A stretch of 61,091 bases of DNA, the filler included. It is 5 parts of 5 records of this genome, joined end to end, with 100 filler letters (N's around TTAATTAATTAA, not from the genome) between each part and the next. Parts side by side here need not be neighbours in the genome. Positions count along the whole stretch, not along the records: positions 40,614 to 53,945 come from SRR31147125_12941; positions 54,046 to 61,091 come from SRR31147125_12943; 3 more parts are not named here. One strand, written 5' to 3'. The notes beneath the pieces are model-generated. The model was given only the letters and a program-made list of their open reading frames with translations. It made no database searches and was not told the DNA's origin. The translations under genes and the position numbers were made by a program. Below, piece by piece: positions 53,042-61,091 of this stretch. Each line of letters starts with the position of its first letter. Within the stretch, counting starts at the first letter, position 1.

Positions 53042-53945
53042 AAGAAACCCATGTCAATGCCTGTATTGAATGTGGCAAGTGTACGGCGAATTGTCCCGTC
53101 TCTCGCTTTAATTCGGGTTTCTCACCACGATTATTATTGAGCCGATTTTTCGAAAACAGTGCCACTCAGTTTCTTCACGACAAGCGTATCTGGAGTTGTT
53201 TGAGCTGCGGTATGTGTCGGGAACGCTGCCCTATGGATGTTAACTTTACAGAGTTTACAAAAATTATTCGTCAAAAGGCTTATAAAACCGGAGAAGAGGC
53301 AGAATGTGCTCATGGCGGAGCTATCCAATCCCTGATGAAAATGATGATATCAGATAACCTGAAACAAAACAGATTGCAATGGCTGACGGATGATCTTAAC
53401 GTAGCAGAAAAAGGAGATGTTGTCTATTTTATCGGTTGTTTACCCTATTTTGATGCTTTTTTTACTGATCTGAAAGTTGAAACTCTTGATATTGCAAAAT
53501 CGACTATACAAATTTTGAACAAGCTTGGCATTACGCCGGTTCTTATGCAGGATGAAAAATGCTGTGGCCATGATTTGTTATGGGCTGGTGACGTTGAGAA
53601 TTTTAAAAAATTGGCACAGGAAAATATAAAGGAATTAAAAAAGGTTAATCCTAAAAAAGTTATTTTTTCGTGTGCGGAATGTTATCGAACATATAAAATG
53701 GATTATGCCTCATTGTTCGGATCGCTGGATTTTGAAGTAACTCATATTTCAGAACTTTTATCAGAAAATATCACGTCGAAAAATATGAAAATGAATCAAA
53801 TTGAAGGAACAGTAACATTTCAGGATCCATGTCGACTGGGACGTCATCTCGGCATTTATGAACAACCACGAGTTATTTTAGATGCTATTTCAGGGCAACA
53901 ATTCAAAGAAATGCCTAAAAGTAAGCAAAATGCCATATGCTGTGG
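53020..53945 (+). CDS. HdrD/GlpC-like Fe-S oxidoreductase (2x[4Fe-4S] plus CCG domains), cut at contig edge
   Basis: CIECGKCTANCP, CLSCGMCRERCP, YFIGC, CCGHD, CAEC and DPCRLGR motifs. Confidence 0.88.
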
Positions 53946-54045
53946 NNNNNNNNNNNNNNNNNNNNNNNNNNNNNNNNNNNNNNNNNNNNTTAATTAATTA
54001 ANNNNNNNNNNNNNNNNNNNNNNNNNNNNNNNNNNNNNNNNNNNN
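53946..54045. other. Artificial contig spacer
   Basis: N44-TTAATTAATTAA-N44. Confidence 0.99.
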
Positions 54046-54580
54046 TCAAACGAATTAATGATAAAATACCACGACGAAGAATGGGGAGTACCGCTTCACG
54101 ATGACCAAAAATTATTCGAGTTTTTTACCCTCGAAGGTTTTCAGGCCGGATTAAGCTGGCAAATTGTATTAAACAAACGAGAGAATTTTCGCCGGGCTTT
54201 CGATAATTTCAATCCTGAGAAAGTTGCCAATTACAACGAAGATAAAATTCAGGAATTAATTCAGGATAAATCAATAATTCGGAATCAACAAAAAATTAGA
54301 GCTTGTGTAAATAATGCCCAACGTTTTCTCGAAATACAAAAAGAGTTTGGCACTTTCGATAAGTATATCTGGGGATTTTAAATCCATTCAGAATTCGTTT
54401 AAAAGCATGAGTGAAATTCCTGCAAAAACGGCACTCTCCGATAAAATATCGGCCGATCTTAAAAAGCGGGGATTTAAGTTTGTAGGCAGCACGGTAATCT
54501 ATGCACACATGCAAGCCACCGGAATGGTGAACGACCATTTGGTAGATTGTTTTCGCTATCGGGAAGTTTGTCAGCAGTAG
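54046..54580 (+). CDS. tag: DNA-3-methyladenine glycosylase I (5' partial, frameshift at about 54378)
   Basis: YHDEEWG, LEGFQAGLSW, IIRN..KI, LKKRGFKFVG and MVNDHLVDC motifs. Confidence 0.93.
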
Positions 54581-54588
54581 TCAGCCCT

Positions 54589-54776
54589 CAGTCGCCAGTC
54601 TTCAGTCTTCAGTAGGCAGTCCTCGATAGGCAGTTATTGGGCTGTTTTTATTTCAGGCTACATCCTTCTACTTCACTCAGGGTGACAAACTACGGATTAT
54701 CAGTCATCGTGCAACTAATGTCTTCTACTGACTGAGAACTGCCTACTGAAGACTGTTGACTGAAGACTGGCGACTG
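54589..54776. repeat. Inverted arrays of CAGTnnn heptamers enclosing a REP-like half element
   Basis: CAGTCGC-CAGTCTT-CAGTCTT-CAGTAGG-CAGT (54589-54620) is mirrored at 54738-54776. The inner CCTTCTACTTCACTCAGGGTGACA resembles 57778-57802. Confidence 0.85.
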
Positions 54777-54781
54777 CAAAA

Positions 54782-55852
54782 CTACCTTTTCCGAACAGCC
54801 GAGCGTTTAAATCCTGAAACCTGCAAATTAGGATCGTGATTCGGATTGTAGCTTTCATTATCGGTGTAAATAATTTCGCCCAAATCGTTTTGCCATCGAT
54901 TTTGCCACTGGTTGGTGCCAATTTCTACTTTCTTGGTATACGGATTTACGTACTCTTCCTGATCGGTTAGCGTCAGGTACATATCGTTATGAATTTCGTG
55001 ATTGATTTTTTGCTGATGCGCTGCAATCTCGCGATCAATATTCTGGATTTGTTGCTGAACTTCCAGCATTTTCCCTCCACGCACCTGCTGCCCTTTTATT
55101 TCGCCTTTTAGCCAGCCAATATCAATTTCAACCGAAGTGTGAATGGTTTCAAACACCGGCGCCCATTTTTGCAGTTCTCCTTTTGGCGCACGTGCAAATA
55201 AACAATTTTTATTGCCCCAAAGTCCGGCGCCCATTTGTCCCCAGTCTTCAACCACTGCCATCATAATTTCTTCGTATTGCTTGCCGTTTTCGGTGTATTC
55301 GAAAGTTACCAGGGCAGCATCGTAATTCATGGTCAGCATTGGTATTTTTGCAGCATAATCGCGAAATGTTTTTACCAAATCCGGCAGTGTTTTATTTCCG
55401 GTTGATTTTATATTGCTGATGTTGGGGTGGGCGAAAGGTATGGCAACATTCATTATAAAATTAACAGCACTGGTTTTGGGGCGAACCTCCATGCCATTGT
55501 AATTACTGCCCGGTGGAAACATTCCGGCAGCAGGAGAATAACGCATGTCGAAAAACAAATACTCGGGCAGCCAGCGAATTTGCACATCGGCCGCGGCATT
55601 GTTAAAAGCAGCAAAATCGTATTTGGCAGCAATGGCATTTCCTGCTCCGCCGCTTGTTGACGGATTGAGGCGAAAAATACCGCCTTTGGTTTGCCAGCCT
55701 TTGGGAATTAAAACTGTAAATGCTCCTTCGTTGGGCTCTTTTACTTTTTTGAAATAAAGGACTTCACCACTTTGTTTAGTTGGTTGCGAGGCGCAACTTA
55801 CACTAAAACCGAATATTATAACTATTGAAATTAAATGGTTTAGAGTTTTCAT
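54782..55852 (-). CDS. Uncharacterised lipoprotein
   Basis: Lipobox SVSC; AFTVLIPKGW; coiled coil followed by a YVNPYT/W C-terminal region. Confidence 0.75.
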   Translation of the reverse strand: MKTLNHLISIVIIFGFSVSCASQPTKQSGEVLYFKKVKEPNEGAFTVLIPKGWQTKGGIFRLNPSTSGGAGNAIAAKYDFAAFNNAAADVQIRWLPEYLFFDMRYSPAAGMFPPGSNYNGMEVRPKTSAVNFIMNVAIPFAHPNISNIKSTGNKTLPDLVKTFRDYAAKIPMLTMNYDAALVTFEYTENGKQYEEIMMAVVEDWGQMGAGLWGNKNCLFARAPKGELQKWAPVFETIHTSVEIDIGWLKGEIKGQQVRGGKMLEVQQQIQNIDREIAAHQQKINHEIHNDMYLTLTDQEEYVNPYTKKVEIGTNQWQNRWQNDLGEIIYTDNESYNPNHDPNLQVSGFKRSAVRKR

Positions 55853-55897
55853 AGTGGGTATTCTTTATTTTTACGATTGATTTTTTTTAGTATAGAG

Positions 55898-55979
55898 TTC
55901 ACGCAGAGAACGCAAAGACTTGGCAAAGGATGCAAAACAAAAATGGTAGATCTCGAAAACTTTGCATCCTTTGCGTGAA
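55898..55979. repeat. Intergenic inverted repeat (CGCAAAG-type)
   Basis: GCAAAGGATGCAAA (55923-55936) pairs with TTTGCATCCTTTGC (55961-55974); outer TTCACGC/GCGTGAA. Confidence 0.8.
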
Positions 55980-55993
55980 AACAGATATCTCGG

Positions 55994-57133
55994 TTAGGCA
56001 TATTTTACATTAAAATATTTCTCGTATTTGGGTAAACTTAAGTGTTGATTCAGATTGCTTAAGAATACTAAAGATGAATCGGGAAGACTTTCGCGACAGG
56101 CAGACGAAGGAATTACCGTTGGCAATGCACTTATTTTTCCCAGTAAATCATTAAAATGTTCAGGAATTAAAAAGTTCATTTTTCGTTTGCTCACTGCCGC
56201 GTCAAACATTTTTTTTCTGTCTGATAATTTAAGGCCAAGTAACGCAGTGGCAACATCTGAAAAATGAGTATGGCTTATGGACTGTTCCAATGCTGGTCGG
56301 ATAAAATTCGCTCCTGTTCCTTTCAAATCATCTAAAAGATTACGAACCATAATTTCGGCCAGCACATCAATAGGTATTATTTTGAATTTATACGGAATAA
56401 ATACACCGGTTTGCAGAAACAAATCGAGGATGTGCCAAATGGAATAATTTTCGGGACAAAGGCCCTCTTTTGCCGAGCCCACCACTAACGGAATGTCGTA
56501 AATGCAGCCGTTTAATCCTTGCGAAAAAGCATTTCTTAAAATTTGGTTTGCCACCCATTTAAAACCTGCGTAGCCCGATTGCCAGGCGTTTGTATTCAGC
56601 CTTTCAAAATCTTCATCATCGGTAAAAAAGTTTGCATTGTACGACGATGGATAATGCAGGTTTTTCGTATTCTTAATGTCTCCGCAAAAATCAATCATTT
56701 GTTCCAGCTCGGGCAACCACTGGCTTTTAAAACGGCTGTAAGGCAAATGATACAACGGAACCATGGCCAGGTGGAGCACAAAACCGGTTTTTGCTTTTAG
56801 CTTTTCGTATTCCAAATCGCTTAAACCCATTTTAGGCTTGCAAACTTCTCCGGTGTAAATCTTTATTTTTTCTGAAAGTTTGAAGGTGCCCAGGTTCCAG
56901 CAGTTAAAAGCTATTTGCATTTTAGTTACCCCTTGTTCGAGGTTTTGCCCCCGAACCAGCAAATGTATTTTCCCGGGCCACTGCTTTTGCAGCAGTTTAA
57001 CCATGTGCGCTCCCAAAAACGAGTTGGCCCCGGTTATAAAAATTCCGTTGGAAATAGGACTATCGTTTTTCCCCGTGAAATTCCATTCGTTGGAAATCAG
57101 TGGTTCTTTTCTTATGTCGTTATTTTGTTGCAT
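55994..57133 (-). CDS. Stand-alone thioester-reductase-like extended SDR (NAD_binding_4)
   Basis: IFITGANSFLGAH, LLVRG, GEVCKPKMGL, HLA...H.PY and GYAGFKW (YxxxK) motifs. Confidence 0.8.
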   Translation of the reverse strand: MQQNNDIRKEPLISNEWNFTGKNDSPISNGIFITGANSFLGAHMVKLLQKQWPGKIHLLVRGQNLEQGVTKMQIAFNCWNLGTFKLSEKIKIYTGEVCKPKMGLSDLEYEKLKAKTGFVLHLAMVPLYHLPYSRFKSQWLPELEQMIDFCGDIKNTKNLHYPSSYNANFFTDDEDFERLNTNAWQSGYAGFKWVANQILRNAFSQGLNGCIYDIPLVVGSAKEGLCPENYSIWHILDLFLQTGVFIPYKFKIIPIDVLAEIMVRNLLDDLKGTGANFIRPALEQSISHTHFSDVATALLGLKLSDRKKMFDAAVSKRKMNFLIPEHFNDLLGKISALPTVIPSSACRESLPDSSLVFLSNLNQHLSLPKYEKYFNVKYA

Positions 57134-57235
57134 ATTTTTGATTTTTGATATTCGATACCTGATTTTGAAAAAGTCTCAGTCACAGTTTACAGACTGTAAT
57201 TTCGCTGCCAACTGCCAACTTTTTAAAAGCTATTT

Positions 57236-57292
57236 CAAAGTTCGTACAGTGTTGATAAAAAGTCAAGAAAATGCACCCTACAAAACCCTACA
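57236..57292 (-). promoter_or_regulatory. Imperfect Bacteroidota promoter with an upstream phased direct repeat
   Basis: CTTG-N20-GAACTTTG, preceded by TGTAGGGT-tt-TGTAGGGT (57275-57292). Confidence 0.5.
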
Positions 57293-57308
57293 TTTGAGTT
57301 TAAAGTTT

Positions 57309-57878
57309 TGAGTTATGAGACGCGAGTTATGAGACCAGAGACCCGAGTTACGAGATGTGAGTTACGAGTTTCGAGCGGTTAGGAAATAAGTATATGGGTG
57401 AATTAGTAATTGAGTGAACGGGTGAATTAGTTGAAGAGGCTTATGTATACACCTTTCACCGCTTGGCTAAAAGTCCACCCGGTGAATAGTTTGCAGGCCC
57501 CCTCCCGGCTAAAGCCGACCTCCCCCGAAGGCTGAGGAAACAGCTTTTTTTCCAAAATATTGAAAGTTGTATTATATGTAAAGTTTACCGGGAGAATTAA
57601 ATTCAAAGTGTGAACGGTCTGAGACTGCGACTGAGAATTTACGCGCTAAGGAGTTTCAAACTCCTTAGCGCATACATTTTTTTATTCATCCGGTGAACCG
57701 AAGTTAACGGGTGAGCAGTCTGCCTTCTGCTGACGGGAAATGGGTAATCCAGATTAATTGACCATTAATAGCGTGCACCCTTCGACTCCGCTCAGGATGA
57801 CAGTTTGTTATTCTTTCTTACATCATATTCCCGATTGAATACTGCCGACTGCCGACTGAGTACTGCTAACTGCCTACT
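57309..57878. repeat. Mosaic of short repeats and REP-like palindromes
   Basis: GAGnnnn heptamers 57309-57374; GGCTAAA-containing elements 57456-57531; perfect 14-bp-arm palindrome 57643-57671; CTTCGACTCCGCTCAGGATGACA 57778-57802; ACTGCCn heptamers 57841-57878. Confidence 0.85.
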
Positions 57879-59765
57879 AAATCCTCTCTACTACATCGTA
57901 TAAATTATCGGCGTGTTCCATACCCAGTTTTTTACGAAGGCGGGTGCGGGCAACTTCAATACTTTTTGTCGATTGTCCGGTAATACCCGAAACATCTTTG
58001 GTAGATAATTTCATTTTCAGAAAAGCAGCCAGTTTGCGGTCGTTAACCGTTAAGCCCGGGTGTTTTTCGTTTAGCCTGGAGTAGAACCCGGGATGTACTT
58101 CGTTAAAGTGGGCTTCAAATTCTTTCCAGTGTTTCTGGTTTTTCAGGTCGAAGTTTAGTTCGCGAATTAACTTTTTTAATTCAGTTGGATTATTGTTGCC
58201 ATTTTGCGAAAGCTCGCCAAGTTGTTTTACAATCCGTTCAACCGTAGTATTTTTTTCGGCAACAAACATCGATTTTGTAACCAGTTCGCGTTTTTGGTAT
58301 TCAATTTTATTGTTTAGGTTTTCCAGCTTTTGTAGTTGATTTTTTTTCGTGTTTTTATTTGAACAACCAATAGCAGCACCACTGCAACCAAAAGAATAAT
58401 CCCGATGGCAAGTAAAAAAGACACTTTTCTACGCTGGTTTAAAACTTGCTGCATAATAGTTGCCTCTTGTTTTAATCGTTCGTTTTCTTCAATTCGGTTT
58501 TTTACCTTATACTTAATTTCCAGTTCTTCAATGGTTTTTGTTTTTTCAATAGAATACAAACTGTCTTTTATCGAAATCCAGTTTTTATGGTATTTCAGGG
58601 CTTCCGAATCCTTATTGCTTTTTAGGGCAATTTCGTATAATTGATTATACGCCTCGGCTTGTTGCGGAAGGGCCTCGGTTTTTTTCGAAATATTGAGAGC
58701 ATTCGAGGCTAAACGCTGTGCTTCTGCGTAATTGTTGTTTTCGGTAGCAAATTCAGAAAGACTGAGTAATGACGTGGCTTCTAAAGAATTATTATTGGTT
58801 TTTTCTGCAATTTCCAGTGCGCGATTATAATAGGTTTTCGCTTCGTTTGCTTTGCCGGTTTTGTGCATTAAACTGCCGAGCTCAATATAACAATGAGCTA
58901 CTCTCGAATTATCGTTAATTACATTGGCAAGTACCAGTGCTTCGTTTAATAACTCAATTGCTTTTGGGTAGTTACCAAGTATAGAATATGCCGAAGCAGT
59001 ATTAGCCATCGGAACAAAAAGGTAGTACTGGTTATTTGTTTGCCGGGCCAGTGCCAACGATTTCTCGTAGTAATTTAAAGCTTTTTCGAGCGAGCCCTGT
59101 TCTTCGTGAAGCAAGCCAATATTATTTAGAACATTAAATTCGTAAACAGGCATTTTTCGCTGTTGGTAAATTTCAAGTGCTTCCGAAAAGTGAGTCATTG
59201 CCTCCGGAAATTTACCCAGATTCTTTTCAACGGTTCCAAGGTTGTTGTATACATCGGCTATGGCTGCCGTGTCGTTTTGGGCTTCGGAATAGTTAAGCGA
59301 TAAAGTATAATAACTTAGTGCTGCATTGTAATACCCCTTCGATTTGTATGCCAATCCAATTCCAAAATGCGCATTGTTCAGCTCTTCGGGCATTTCGTTT
59401 TTCGAATAAAATTCAACCGCCTCGAAATAATGCTCCAGTGCCAAATCGTAATCGCCGGTTTCGAGGTACATTTCGCCAAAATTGTAATTTATCTTTGCTT
59501 TGGTTTCGGTATCATTAATATTTTCAGAAAGAACGAGTGCTTTGTTGTAATAAACGATGGCGCTGTCGTAATGGTAATCGTAATATTCATGGTAACCAAT
59601 TTCAAAAAATAAACGAAGCAAAGTAGTATCGGCCGAATTTGAATGGATGAGTTGTTTTAAGCTGTCGGTTTTTGTTTCTGCCCCTAAACTTTTATTGGGT
59701 ATTACGAGCATAGCAAAATACAGCAATACGAAATTTAATACGATATTGAATTTAATTTTTGGCAA
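57877..59765 (-). CDS. Periplasmic TPR sensor / TM / LuxR-HTH transcriptional regulator (frameshift at about 58340)
   Basis: Signal peptide, TPR repeats (YNNLG, LNNIG), KDSL and a TM helix. After an A8 run it continues to F..HF..VHP.FY..L...P.LT..D.KL...SIEVARTRLRKKL. Confidence 0.9.
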
Positions 59766-59803
59766 TTTCCCAATTTTGATTGTGTTGGAACCAAGCTATT
59801 TAT

Positions 59804-59811
59804 CAAAAATA
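59804..59811 (-). promoter_or_regulatory. Bacteroidota -7 promoter element
   Basis: TATTTTTG matches TAnnTTTG. A divergent TAATTTTG at 59930-59937 precedes pepC. Confidence 0.5.
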
Positions 59812-59978
59812 CGATATCCGGTATTAAATGAGCTATTCTCATCTAAGAAAAACATCTGTTACTGTTAAGTAATTTACTGATTTTTATCAAGTCTGTGTTA
59901 ATTCTTCTTTCTGAAAAAGAATAAATTGTTAATTTTGACGCTAATCAAATTGAAGGGGTAATTATTTAATTTAATAGA

Positions 59979-61091
59979 ATGAAGTTGCGTTTATTGGCTG
60001 CCGCCATTGTTGCGGTTTTTACTGTTAATGTTGTTTTTGCAGAAAACGACGATAAAAAAGAGAAGAAAGAAGTAGGTTATATTTTTGAAACCAATGTTGA
60101 GTTACCAAAAACTTCGGTTAAAAATCAGTACCGTTCAGGTACATGCTGGTCGTTTTCGGGGCTTTCATTTTTAGAATCAGAAATGTTACGTTTAGGAAAA
60201 CCTGAGGTAGATCTTTCTGAAATGTTCGTGGTTTGGCATACTTATTCAGAAAAAGCTGATAAACACGTTCGTGTACATGGCAACCTTAATTTTGCTGCCG
60301 GTGGTGCTTTTCACGATGTAACCAACATGATTAAAAAACACGGAATCGTACCAGAATTGATTTATGATGGCTTGGAATACGGCGAAGAGAAACACGTACA
60401 TGGTGAAATGGATCGTGTATTAAAACAGCATGTTGATGCGGTTGTAGAAAATAAAAACCGAAAATTAAGCACAGTTTGGCACGAATCAATCGATGCCACA
60501 CTAAATTCATACCTGGGTGATCTTCCCAGAAAATTTGAATACGAAGGGAAAGAATATACTCCTCAAAGTTTTGCCAGCGAATATGTTGGATTAGATATGG
60601 ATGATTATGTTGAAATCTCTTCATATACTCACCATCCGTTTTATTCAAAGTTTATTTTAGAGGTACCCGACAACTGGGCTTGGGATCAGGTGTATAATGT
60701 TCCGATTAAAGAGATGGAAGAAATTATAGACTATTCGTTAAACAATGGTTTTACTATTGCATGGGCTGCCGATGTTAGCGAAAAAGGTTTTGCTACAAGC
60801 AATAAAGGAGTTGCAGTTCTTCCGGCAGCACCAAGCGAAGATATGAGCGATGCAGAGATTGCAAAATGGGAAGCTCTTTCGAAAAAGGAGAAAGATAAAG
60901 AATTATATAAACTGGAAAAACCGGTGCCAGAATTGGTAGTTACCCAGGAAATGCGCCAGACAGCATTCGATAATTATCAAACCACCGACGACCATGGTAT
61001 GCACATCGTTGGTACAGCAAAAGACCAAAACGGTCATACCTTCTATAAAGTGAAAAATTCGTGGGGCGATTATAACAAATACAAAGGTTAT
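59979..61091 (+). CDS. pepC: Secreted C1-family cysteine aminopeptidase (PepC/bleomycin hydrolase-like), cut by the window edge
   Basis: Not in the ORF track. Signal peptide, KNQYRSGTCWSFS, DDHGMHIVG and KVKNSWG; open to the last base. Confidence 0.92.
   Translation, partial: MKLRLLAAAIVAVFTVNVVFAENDDKKEKKEVGYIFETNVELPKTSVKNQYRSGTCWSFSGLSFLESEMLRLGKPEVDLSEMFVVWHTYSEKADKHVRVHGNLNFAAGGAFHDVTNMIKKHGIVPELIYDGLEYGEEKHVHGEMDRVLKQHVDAVVENKNRKLSTVWHESIDATLNSYLGDLPRKFEYEGKEYTPQSFASEYVGLDMDDYVEISSYTHHPFYSKFILEVPDNWAWDQVYNVPIKEMEEIIDYSLNNGFTIAWAADVSEKGFATSNKGVAVLPAAPSEDMSDAEIAKWEALSKKEKDKELYKLEKPVPELVVTQEMRQTAFDNYQTTDDHGMHIVGTAKDQNGHTFYKVKNSWGDYNKYKGY

Noticed and set aside
20371-54045. Four identical TTAATTAATTAA motifs within N runs
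   Set aside because: Artificial concatenation linkers. Genes on either side of a spacer are not neighbours, so no cross-segment system is inferred.
54360-54395. tag as a true pseudogene (a few codons appear to be missing after YIWGF)
   Set aside because: Cannot be told apart from assembly error given the error rate, and the rest of the gene is intact.
57309-57420. Possible CRISPR array
   Set aside because: The units are 7-8 nt tandem repeats with no unique spacers, and no cas genes are present.
778-60648. Many short antisense or overlapping ORFs in the track (e.g. 32670-33272, 56880-57311, 60331-60648)
   Set aside because: They are shadows of well-supported genes on the other strand or frame and have no recognisable motifs.
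1-61091. About 17 frameshifts suggesting pseudogenes, phase variation or programmed frameshifting (EIIC, troR, troA, capA, GTs, flhX, degT, korB, hdrB, hdrA, TPR-LuxR)
   Set aside because: Almost all are single-base losses in homopolymers, spread over all five unrelated contigs, with otherwise intact motifs. This is the pattern of long-read consensus error; read polishing would settle it.

Overview
This window is not one locus. It is five unrelated contig pieces joined by 100-bp N/TTAATTAATTAA spacers, and it carries about 17 frameshifts, mostly single-base losses in homopolymers that look like long-read consensus errors. (1) 1-20370, very AT-rich, code 11, probably Acholeplasmatales/Izemoplasmatales-like: a self-contained fructose-family PTS plus GH38 operon with its own HPr and EI, TetR, a ceramide-synthase-like GNAT with DUF819, a large lipoprotein endonuclease, a phytol kinase/DUF92 pair, troABCDR and rlmD. 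(2) 20471-27793: a surface-polysaccharide locus with four GT4s, an acetyltransferase, CapA-like, QueC-like and ATP-grasp genes. (3) 27894-40513, Clostridia-like: fliS, fliD, a CHAP-like hydrolase, flhB-like, fliK, 3 cheW, 2 MCPs and type I hsdM/hsdS. (4) 40614-53945: a Tat-signal DegT aminotransferase, then a structured leader and korDABC-hdrCB-ldh2-mth938-hdrA-snoaL-mvhD-hdrD-like. The ~1025-aa double HdrA has an in-frame UGA with a SECIS-like hairpin (selenocysteine) and apparently an ATT start. (5) 54046-61091, Bacteroidota-like: tag, a lipoprotein, a stand-alone thioester-reductase-like SDR, a dense cluster of REP-like repeats, TPR-LuxR and pepC. The best leads are the Sec-HdrA/2-oxoacid oxidoreductase operon and its attenuator-like leader RNA, the QueC-like/ATP-grasp glycan module, the bCerS-like and prenol-salvage genes, and the flagellar CHAP-like hydrolase. 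All taxonomic calls are inference from gene style.
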